From NCBI RefSeq assembly GCF_009834535.1, contig NC_045696.1, positions 79,548,001 to 79,612,000 on the forward strand: a stretch of 64,000 bases of DNA. The letters run 5' to 3'. The DNA comes from Camelus ferus (taxonomy: Eukaryota). The position numbers and the translations under genes were made by a program. Shown in pieces: positions 36,791 to 47,685 of this stretch (position 1 is its first letter; the number at the start of each line of letters is the position of its first letter). A model generated the notes under the pieces. It saw nothing but the letters and a program-made list of their open reading frames with translations, searched no databases and was not told the origin of the DNA.

Positions 36791-38229
36791 AAACTTAACT
36801 AGAGAGTTAATAAGGAGGCAGAAAATTTATAAAAAAGTTTTAAAGAAGAAATAAATTTCTAAAGAATATAGTTAATTTAATTTTTCATGTTGTGCATTCT
36901 ATTCATATCTTTATACAATATCTGCTATTAAGTTACAGAATTGTATAACTGATAGAGATCTGACATCCTATCTTTAAAATTGTAAATCATTGTTGCAAGC
37001 AATGTTATAAATTTTTTACATATCTGTGTAGTGTCGGACATAAAACCAAGCAACCTCAAATATTTAGCACTGGTATTTGAAACATATTTTCTGAGAAAGA
37101 ATTTAAATCCACATAGTGACAGAATATGAATTATTAATTTTATAAAGAGAATGTTCCATTTAATTAGAAGTGCTTATACTTGATTCAAATAATTAAGTAA
37201 AATAGGAAAACATTCATTTTAAATGTAAATAGATTATTTGGAGAATGGAGTTGAAGTGTCATATCAAGAACTATTTTAAATAATTTTAATTAGTAAACTT
37301 TTAAATGATTGTCTAATTCTACAGTCTTAAAATGGAAAAATACCATTTTTCTAAAAAAAATCAGAAAAATTCTTTTAACTTATTTTCTACTGCTACAAAT
37401 TTTCTTGGACTTAAAATTTTAAACAGGATTTTTAAATACAATTACATCAATGACATACAAATGCAATTTGTGCAGACACAAGGGACACCCTGTGACATGG
37501 AAGAATATGTCCAAATACAATACCTAATACAAAAAGGTAGATCATTTTCTATAAACAAACAAATAACACAAAGTACTAATTCCAAATAATAGATTCTCAA
37601 GGCCACCAGTTTGTGTTTATGAAAAGTTTTAACTTTAAAATTGGAAAAGTATGTATTGGTATTATTGGATTTCAGTTAAAACATACAGGTGAAATGCTAC
37701 AGTTCAATCCATGGTAACAAAAGGATTTATCATATAAGAAATTCCAAAAACGTATCTGTAGACTTCAAAATAAACACTTGGGTTTTCTTATACATTAGAT
37801 TCACTTCAACTATCTATTTTAAAGTGATGTAATTATGCTTGAACCATGCCAGCATCAATTTAATCATACTGAATTCGAAAGAATACAATTTTTATTTCCA
37901 AGTTTATCTCCCTATCTCTCATTTTCAATCTTGATTCCTACATGTTTTGGAATGACATCCAAGTAAGGAATCAACACGTCGTTTGGCATGTAAATTTTTG
38001 CATGGATTTACTGGGCAAAGTCTCAAGATTGTACTTGACGGGGGTCTGCTTTGTGATCAAAGACACTATTTTCTGAACTGAATCAGTCATTTAGAAACTG
38101 GGAAATCAAAAGAAATGTGAGTTAAAGAAAAAAAAAAAAAATCATGCTGCTCCTTGACGCCCTGTTTTTCATTTGGCCCTTCAATGCCATCTCTGAAGGT
38201 TGGGTTATCACTGAACAGAATGAAATCAA

Positions 38230-38400
38230 CCCAGTGAGGTGTTATGTATTTACACAAACAATCTTATTTAATCCTCCTATGCCATGAAGAAAATACTGTT
38301 ATTTCCATTTTACAGATGAAAAAAGAGACTCAGAGGGATAAGAGTCCTGTCTAAAGTTTTATAGTTCATGAATGGGGGGAGATGGAATGCATATCTTGGG
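38230..38400 (-). mobile_element. MIR SINE
   Basis: 'ttatttaatcctc...tatttccattttacagatga...gagactcagagg'. Confidence 0.75.
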
Positions 38401-40210
38401 CATTTATCTCTGCTTACTCATTTGGTGATCTAATCCAGTCTCATGGCTTAAATATCATCTGTATGCCAATAACTCCCAAATATATATGGACATAGGTAGA
38501 TTATATAGATACATAGAGAGAGAGAGAAAGAGATAGAAATAGAGGTAGAAGTAGAGTCAAAGATAGAGACAAGGACAGAGAAGGGACAGGGACAGAGACA
38601 GAGAGATGTATCAAGCCTGAACCTCTTACTGGACTCCGGATTCTTTTGTCCAGCAGTCTAAAAGACACCTCTACTTGGATCCCTAAAAGATTACTCAAAT
38701 TCAGTATGTCCAAAATTGAACTCTTGACATTCACTTCTTAAAACCTTCTCCACCCTCAGACTTCTCCACCACAGTTGATGGCAATTTCATCGTTCCATTT
38801 TCTCATGCCAAAAACTTTATAGAGTTATCCTGGACTCAACTCTTCTCTCAGAAACTACTTTCAATCCACAAACAAATTCTGCAGGCTCTGTTTTCAAAGA
38901 ATTCCCAGAATCCAGCCATTTTTTTAAACCACCTCTATATCACCATTCTAGTAAAAGACAGTATCACTGTTTTCCTAGATTACTGCAGTACTGTTGTAAC
39001 TGGTCTCCCAGCTTAACCACTTGCTTTCCCTATACTTTATCATCAACCCAACAAACAGAGCTATCCCTTTAAATTGTCAGATTACATCACTCTTCTGATC
39101 ACAACCCTTCAATAAACTCATCTTAATCAGAGTAAAAGGCAAAGTCCTTTCAGCGGCTGGTAAGGCCCAACCTGCACAACTCCCCTTACTTCCGTGACTC
39201 CATCTCCCACCTCTTCTCTCTTACTCCCCTTTGGCAACTCCTGCCTTAATTGCTTCCTTGACCTTCATACCACGCATACTGTTGTTATCCCAAAAGCGGA
39301 AGGAAAAAGACCTCAGTTCTTGTCTTACCCAAAAGATAAGAATTCAGATGGGAGACGGTGTGTTGTGCAGTGAAAGATACAAAAGGATTTATTTAGGAAA
39401 GGAAAAGTACACCTCCAACAACGGGAGGCAGGCTGATCCAAGGGAGGGAAAGTGGCGGTCTTTATTTGTCCCTTCCTCTTATACTCTTGCTCAAAGCTGG
39501 TCTTTTGATTGATGGACAGCTCTTGCCCCTGGAATGCCTAATCATGTTTGTCTTCTTTGCACATGTCCTTAACCCATGATGCATACAGAAAAACCCATGG
39601 CTGCGGTTGGCCGGGGGGCGGGGCGGGGATTAAACCACAATGCAATGAGCCCTGGGTCATAGTCAGTTAGGTCCTTCTTGTGAGGTCCTTCTCACTGCTG
39701 CACAGATGCAGCTATCAGGTTCTAACAAGTTTCTTGCTGACACTCATTTAGAGGACGTAAAGCCCCTTTATGCTGGAGGTGGGCATAAAGCCATCTTCCA
39801 GACCATCCTCCCGCTCCTCTGCCTATCTGCCCAGTGCCCCCACTTACTTAACTACCTAACACTGTCACTGTCAGAATTTTGCACAGACTACTCTCTCCAC
39901 CCAAAGAGCTCTTCCTTCCAGTCTTTTCCAGCTATCACCTTCTTAGAGAGACTTACTCTGACCATCTGATTCTGAACTGAAATGCTACCTTCCCTACTCA
40001 AAATTCCCCACATATTTTCTCTCCAAGGCATTTACCATCTTTGAACACACTATATAAATAACATTCATTTTGTGTATAGTCTGTTTCCCCTAAAGTTGGC
40101 TGTGAGCTCTCTGACCTCAGGGATTTCCTTTTGTTTAGTTCACTACTGTAGCCCAAGATCCTAGAACTGAGCCGAGCATCATAAATATCTCTGGCCGAAT
40201 GAACAAATCA
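38400..40210 (+). mobile_element. L2 element split by a purine-rich simple repeat (38500-38610) and an ERV LTR
   Basis: 'ggtgatctaatccagtctcatggctt', 'atgtccaaaattgaactctt' and the terminus 'gttcactactgtagccc...gaatgaacaaat'. Confidence 0.8.
39283..39861 (-). mobile_element. Intact ERV1-type solo LTR (579 bp) with 4-bp TSD
   Basis: Termini TGTTA...TAACA; TSD ctgt at 39279-39282 and 39862-39865; minus strand has GC boxes (~39612-39628), TATAAG (39478-39483) and AATAAA (39388-39393) in U3-R-U5 order. Confidence 0.85.
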
Positions 40211-41423
40211 ATCTAACTTTGATTCTAGTCGATTTTCACTATGAATTCTATCTAGTCACACTTCATCTCTCACTAAAGAGGGTTTTACCTTTAGTTTAAA
40301 TATCTCTAGATTGATTACCACAAATTTCATAAACATCTGTTTGTTCAGTTGCAATGGAATTTTCATAAAATCATGCCATGGCTTAACCAGTCTGACTCAT
40401 ATGTGAAACTATGTTCATCTTCCACTGAATTTTTAATCAGCCATTTTTCCAGAGATTTCCATCTTGATGTCTAATTTCTTCATGTTATATTACTCCCAGA
40501 AAATAAGAATACATGACAAGAGAAATAAAATCAGCAAAAGGAAAATGATCAAGTATGAAAAATGGTAGAAAAAAAATAGTGGCATGAAGGATAAATGCAA
40601 AGACAAATCAGAAAAGTTATTTACAAAAGATCCTCAATAGAGATGTATGCCCATGACATGGAAATTAATGTTTCAATATCTGAATCATGAAAAAAAGTCT
40701 CTACAAAAGCTTAGACAATGAGAATAAAGATACAGGGTTGAAGTCACCGGAAATATTTAGCTTATCAAGCTGCTGGTGAAAGGTATTACAAACTTTCTGG
40801 GAAAGCACGTCAGTATCTGTCCAAAAAAAGCTGAGCTAAGAATGAAAGGAAATGAACCATTATTGAGCTCATCCTACATCAACATATCGGGCACTTAGCA
40901 ACAAATTGATGCTCAAAGAGGTTAGTTAACTGGGATCATGGAATGGCCAGAAACAGAGAGTGGATTAGAAACCACTTCTATCTGATTCTAAAGCTCACTC
41001 GTGCAATTCAGAGTGAGCACTGGAATCAGCAAAAGTTTTTGGAGCCAAATGACACAGATCACTGGGAATTTTTTTTTTTTAAAGAGGACTGTCATACCAT
41101 ACTACCGACAGGTAAAAAAGTATCATGCCTTTGAATACTTTAAGACCTACTTCAAACCTCCATAACTGGTAAACTCCTATTCTTCTTTAGAGACTGAATT
41201 CAGGTGCCCCTCTCTGTCACGGCATCACTGACAACATTTACTATCCTGTCTATGCAAACCTACCAGCAGGTTGGGAAGAAGTCTTCGAGTAGCATGGCAA
41301 CCAGCCACTGGGAGAGGCATCAGAGTGGTCCACCAATTTTTCAAACTTACACGAGAACCCAAAAGACTAAGCTCTCAATCTGCTTGATATTAGGAATACT
41401 GTGCTAAACGCCACATGCCCTCC

Positions 41424-41764
41424 TGTCTTACTCATTCAGACTGCTGTAACAAAGTATCACAGAACAGGTTGTTTATTGACGGAAATTTCTCATAGCCTGA
41501 AGGTTGGAAGTCTGAGCTCAGAGTGCCAGATTGGTTCAGTAAGGGCCCTCTTCTAGGTCACAGACTTCTCCTTGTATCCTCACAAGGCAAAAGTGGCAAG
41601 GGAGCTCTTCGGGGCCTCTTTCATAAAGGCACTAATACCAGTCGTGAGGGCTCCACCTTCGTGACAGTCACCTCCCAAATACCCCGCTATCTAATACCAT
41701 CACACTGGGCACTGGGAGTTCAACATATGAATTTTGCGAAGACGCAAGCATTCTGACCACAGCA
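41424..41764 (-). mobile_element. MaLR solo LTR (MLT1A-like)
   Basis: TG...CA ends; 'ctgctgtaacaaagtatcacaga', 'aaggcactaat...gagggctccacc' and 'ttcaacatatgaatttt'; near-TSD cctcc/cttcc. Confidence 0.9.
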
Positions 41765-42833
41765 CTTCCCTTTCTTGGAGTCTAGACAAAGTGAGGGAGA
41801 CAGATGGTAATGGGCTGCAATAGCACAGAATGCTATTAGAGAGTGCAGCCTCGGGCGTGGAGCGGGGCAGGAAGGGAAGCAGGGGCAATAAAACGTACAA
41901 TGTTAGGGCAGACATGATGATGGGGAAATCAGAAGCACGTGCCACAATACAGACAAAGAGTTAGCGTGAGTGAGGGAGTGCTGAGAGAAGGGAGCAGGAC
42001 CTCAGTGTCTCAGATAAGGCTGAGAGGCCCATCCTCTGTCAAAGTATCCCTTAACAAGGCAGGTCTCCATTGCAGGTATCCAACTGATAAACAACAAAAT
42101 AAGAATGGGAAGCCAAGCAGAAATCAAATTATCACTAACGCAGTGCATCCCCAAATTCCAGAACTTTTCAAGAACCTATTTTATGCCCTTGTGCTCTCAG
42201 GCAGCAAGGAAGTACCTTGCTATAGCGCTAACTATAGCTATTGCTCCACGACATAAGCTTTGGGGAAGAACTGCAGAGGCTAGAAATTAGGTGGGGCAAA
42301 AAGATAAGGGTAAAAAATGTTCTGCATTCATTATACCTCTAAGCATTTGTTTGCAAACCTGTCAGTCATAAGCAACCGTAAGAAAAAAAAAACTGACAAC
42401 TTGACAAAAGATTATAAAATATTCAAAATATATAAATAATATTTATAATGGTTCTTGAAAGAAAATTATCTATGCTATTGATAAAGAAAAAAAAAGAGGA
42501 TGGGAGGAATGTAGACAGGGCCAAGTCAAGGGTGGAAAAGGAAAGAAAAGAAAAATAAAGGTGGATAATAGCAAAGAACAGAAAAATAGAAACAAAGAGA
42601 AGAAATAAACACCTCTGCCCTTCTCTTGTGTAAACATGTGTGAACCACTGGATTTTGCAGCCTCACAGCTCTAGTAAACAATGGGGCCATAGGACGGGGA
42701 AGGGGTGTTCTCAGGATCCCTTCATTGTGGCCAAACAAGTCTGTCCGTTCATCCTGATGTTCATTCACCCTCTTGATGATGATGTGACACAACAGACGAC
42801 GGCTGAAGGATACAGCAGCCCACAAAGCCAGGT

Positions 42834-42889
42834 AGACGGGTGGGTAGATGGATGGACGGATGGACGGACGGACGGATGGACGGATGGAT
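42834..42889. repeat. (GGAT/GGAC)n tetranucleotide repeat
   Basis: Read directly. Confidence 0.95.
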
Positions 42890-43149
42890 CGATCCCAATA
42901 ATACAACACTAAATTCTGGGTCACCAAATTCCCCAAGTGAAAAAAAAAACGTACCTCCTGTACATCATTAGCCGTAATATATACAGATTTAAGCCCTTTG
43001 ATACTTCAAACTACATAACCATATAAACTGATGTGAGTGTTACACAGAAACATAATGCTTGGGCTTCAAGATCTCTTTCTGTGAAGTTCATAGGTTTATC
43101 ATTTCCAGGATAAATAAACTCAGCAGAGCCAACCACAGTAGTCACACCT

Positions 43150-43650
43150 AGTAACAGCTAATATTTATTTTAGTTATGCCCCCTTATTTGTCAGGCTCCG
43201 CACCAAGTGCTTTACATACATTCTTTCACCTTGAAATGCTCCAAAGCTAGAGCTATCCTTATCTTTCTCTATAAATAGTGAAACTGAGGCATAAGGAGGC
43301 TAAGTAACTTGATGGTAGAGCTGAAATGTGTGAATTTCTCTGACCATGAGGCCTCTGCTTTGAATCACTCCACTGCCTGACTCCACTAAAGGATGCTGCC
43401 TTCTGCTCTGCTATACTCAACAGTATCCTATATTCATATAGAGCTTAATAGTGTATAAAATGCCTTTTCAGATCTTGACTCATGTGATCCTTACAACTAT
43501 TCTGTAAAACAGGCAAGGATATGGCGTCTTTTCCATTTGATGGGTAAAAACATTGAGACTCAGCCAGGTTAAGCAGCTTCCCACCAAAGTTAGAACTTAC
43601 ATATGTCTATCATCCAACTTTAAGTCCAGTGCACTGCCCACTGCATCAAG
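43150..43650 (-). mobile_element. Two tandem MIR fragments
   Basis: 'ccaagtgctttacatac...gaaactgaggc...ggctaagtaacttg' and 'tgatccttacaac...ttgagactcag...ggttaag'. Confidence 0.7.
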
Positions 43651-44810
43651 CTCTTTTTCATCCTACTGCTTCTAGGAACAAGCAAAACTTGTCCTCATCC
43701 TGTTAAACTACTTGTCAAGGACTAAAAAAATAAATTAAATAAGGATCAGAGAAAGAGATATAATGCCTGTCAATTGCCTTAAATTATTGCCCCCTCCCAA
43801 CCCCTGCTATCTCCTTAGATTTAAATAGAAATCCCTATGTACTAGAGAGCAGTAAATTTGCCTATTTTGCACCTGACAAGAGGTTCTGCTGAAAGCATTA
43901 CTTGAAGGTCCAGAATTTAACTATACACCATTGAGTTACTATAATTATTTGAAGGAATGGTAAATCTAAGTATTTGAAATCACCCTTTAACCACAATTAG
44001 CTTGAAGAACCAATGTGATTTCCAAGATGCTCCAAGTATTCTGACTTTGATAAACACTGAACCAAAGACCAAGAAAAAGTCCTGTTCACTTTGCAGTTTC
44101 CTCCTTCAGTCCCCCTTGTCTCCTGCATCTCACTGTGAGTTATTTCAGTGTATTTGTTTAGGGGTTCCAGGTGGACTTTTTTGATGGAGCTTTTCATATG
44201 TGGATGTCTTAGGGCCTCTCCACCGTTAATTCCCAGAATCCTTTCCCAAGTCGGATTTCCTATTTCCTACCGTTTATCTTTTTTAGACCCTACATTTTCA
44301 GCCTTCTCAACATCACTCACTCCACCCCTTGTGGTCCTGCTCCAACATATCTGACTTCAAAGTGAGACACTGCTCCCCAAATCCCCCTTCCTTGCTCTCC
44401 CCAAAGACATAAGTGTGCAGCTCCTTTTCCTTTCAAGAGCTTAACTGCTAATCACAGAGGGAAACAAATAGGGGAAGATAGAAATAACCATGGAGAATAC
44501 AATACACAATGTCATTCTAATTTTTTATCTAAAGCTCCTGATTTCCCTCTGAGGTGACAAACCGAAGCCTCCGTGTGCCCTCGTCTAAACAAAGTATAAC
44601 TGTAATGTTGGGAAGATTAAAAGAAAAGCAAAAACAAAAAACAAAAACGCTGATCCCTTAAGTCCTTTGGTATCCTAGCTGCCTGAAGATTGCTCCTTCT
44701 CCAGTCTAATTCAAATACAACCATTTAATCATTTCTGAGCAGGGACTGGGTCTTCTACTCACCCTGCCCTCTGACCTTGCCCAGTTTTTTGCATGCTATT
44801 GACAAGAGTC

Positions 44811-45127
44811 TACTTACAGACTGAATGTTTGTGTCCCTCCCAAATGCATATGTTGAAACCTAATCACCAAAGTGATGATATCTAGAGATGGAACCTCTGA
44901 GAGGTGATTAGGTCATGAGAGTGGAGCCCGCAGGAATGAAATTAGTTAAAAGACCCCACGAGACAGCTGTCTATGAACCAGGAAGCCCTTACCAGACACC
45001 GAATCTTCTGGTGCCTTGTTCTTGGCCTTCCCAGTCTCCAGAAGTATGGGAAAAACTTTTCTGTTGTTTGACCTACCCAGTCTATGGTATTTCTGTGACA
45101 GCAGCCCGGAGAGAATGGGACAAGGAC
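44811..45127 (+). mobile_element. MaLR solo LTR (MLT1A-like, internally deleted)
   Basis: 'actgaatgtttgtgtccctcccaaat...gttgaaacctaatcacc' and 'ccagacaccgaatc...cccagtctatggtattt'. Confidence 0.88.
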
Positions 45128-46601
45128 TATATAATAAACATCATGCTTTCTCACACTGAAATCAATGCTCAGGCACTCCTCTCCCTTTCTCTTAAGCCAG
45201 TGGTACAGCTACCACAGTGCTGCCTGACACAGCTCAGGGACAACAAGGTGTGAGGACGGCCATTTCAGGTCCTACATGCCCCTTTCTCTGGGCTTCCTGT
45301 TCTGATATATCCCAGTGGAACCTGAGTACAAAAATGCCACTGAGGCACTCTGCAGCACCCTCTCTGTGTAAAGCTCACACCAAACACCCTGCCTTCGATG
45401 GCCTCCTGCCACCGCGGCTTTCTCCCTCATCCTCTCCCCAGGGAGAAGAGATCTCTTTCTACCTTCTTGTCCATGGAGTGAGCAGCTCATCTGATAGCTT
45501 TAGATCCAGGGCTTCCCACCTGACCCAAGGCCTCAGCCCAGAACTTCTCTAGACGTCTGGGGGCCAAGGCTCCTTGAGGAAGTACTAATGGATACCGGCC
45601 AGACTTCTGACAGTTCCAAAATTTCTGTAGACCCTTTCTTCAGTAATGGTCTCTCTTTCAAATCTGGGAAGTACTATTTTAAAAATGAAATATGACATAG
45701 ACAGATGCATGGATGGATAGATAGACAGGTAGATAAAACAACCAAAAAATAAACAAAACAAGCTTCTTTGTAGCAGAGGCAAATTTGTACAACTAAAGTC
45801 CCACAGGCAGAAGAATATTTGATCAGTTCATATTAAATGCCGCCAACTACCCTCCCCCAACCACTTCCCTCACAAATAGACTAAATACGAGCAATTTATC
45901 AGGAGGGCAGTTTGGCTAGGGCGGCAATGCAGGAAGAGAATGAAAGTCCACTACAGAGAACAAAGGGTAAGTACTGCCAGGGAGTCGAGTGCAACTAACC
46001 TTCACTCTCATTTTCCCTTTTCAGTCTGTAGCACTAACCACAAACAATCAAGTACTGTCTTGAAGAGAATGACTGTTACCTGGAAAGGAACCTAAGAAAG
46101 CACTCATCGCCAGCATTATGCGCTGCCGACTTTATTGTAATCAGGTCAAGAAAGTGCCATTACATGAGCCAGTGGAGGTCACTTTGTTTGATAGAATCAT
46201 TCTTTCTTGTGACTGTGTATAATGAGATTTACCTGATGCTGTCAAAGCTGGGGGAGGGGCTGAGAAGGGGGATCTGAGGAGTATTAAGAATAAAGTCCTT
46301 TTGTTGAAAGAACTGAAGCAATTCTCCCTTCCCAATGTTTTTATGAATTGGGATAGAATTGGCAAAGATAGAACAACAGAAGACCTAGAAAACTCCCCTC
46401 CAAGAGCAGACAGTTGGAATCAATACATTTTCCTGAAATATTTTGTCAGAGTGGTATTTAAGACACTATCCTCAAGACTGTATGCATTTGACTATTTCTT
46501 CATAAAAAAGGTCAGTGTGCTAATAAAGTTACGTGGCTTCTGTTTTTCTTTCCGTGTACTGATCTTCTCTTCCCCACCATGACACTCAAAGACAAGCTTA
46601 C

Positions 46602-46635
46602 CTGATGTCCTCAAAGCAACACTGTTCCTACTGTT
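46602..46635 (-). other. Candidate 34-nt micro-exon
   Basis: Minus strand 'gctagtgattttgttgcag|AACAGTAGGAACAGTGTTGCTTTGAGGACATCAG|gtaagc'; near-consensus donor, with CT/CA repeats upstream. Confidence 0.35.
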
Positions 46636-47517
46636 CTGCAACAAAATCACTAGCGCAAATACATGTGTGCATGTGTTTGTGTGTGTTTGAGTGTGTGTGT
46701 GTGACAGAGAGAGAGAAAGAGGGTGTGGGGATGCCTTTGAGCACTGGCATGTGCATCTAGACTTTTATTCTTCATCTTTATTTTTGGTAGCATCATTTAC
46801 ATTACAAAAACAGTAAACTGGAGTAAGTTTCAAACATACAAACTTGCTAATAGTTTTCTGCAAGGGGACAATGGCAGGATCAGAGAGAACACCTCTTGCT
46901 CCAAATACAATTTAACATTTTGAAATATGATTTACTTTCTGGACCGCAGCCAGGCAATTACCATTGGCAAATATTTCAAGTGGGAGAAATGAAGTGTTTG
47001 CTACTAGTCCCATAATTTGGAATTGCTGCTAACAGATTTTACATATCATCAACTTTTCTGCCAGTCTTTGTTAGAAAATACAATAAAATCTTAATATGTC
47101 TGCATTTCAAGCCTTAGTGTCAGCTTTGCTGATGCTTGAGACAAAACTGTGTAAGTGGCTCCCTCTGGTGCTGCTACTAGTATTTGTCTTTTCATTCACA
47201 GCCATGGATGTAAACCAGATTAGCTGCTGGGAAAGGTAAGCCATAGCCCCGAAGGCCTGCATTATTAGGAATGTCTCAGGACACAATTCCACTTGGAGTA
47301 AAATTAGATGAAGGGTGGTATCTCTTATGATAAGGGAATAGACACAATTTCTTCCTTTGCCTTTTTTCTTTCACTTCATATACACCAAAGGGAACTGCAA
47401 AAGGTTTAAAAAAAAAAAAATTCATGTTCACTAAACTCCGGCCAGAGTCCCCCATTCTTGTTGCTAAAAATGCTCATGTCCCAAAAAACTACTGAAGTAC
47501 ATCTAATGGACCTCCAC

Positions 47518-47685
47518 TCAGCCATTGGTCTCCAGCCCTGGACTCCACTTTGATCTGTGGCCTCCACAGTAGTAATCAGAGCAAACACGGGAGTCATAAA
47601 TAGTCTGTTGCAAGAGGCAACTGAAGACTCCAGAAGAGCATCTTTGAATGGCAGCAGGGAGGACGCTGGCAAAATCTCCTTCCAT
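47518..47685 (-). CDS. Hypothetical 55-aa small ORF (MEGDFASVLPAAIQRCSSGVFSCLLQQTIYDSRVCSDYYCGGHRSKWSPGLETNG)
   Basis: Optimal Kozak context GCAGCCATGG in a non-repetitive, GC-elevated block; no recognisable homology; could be chance. Confidence 0.15.
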   Translation of the reverse strand: MEGDFASVLPAAIQRCSSGVFSCLLQQTIYDSRVCSDYYCGGHRSKWSPGLETNG

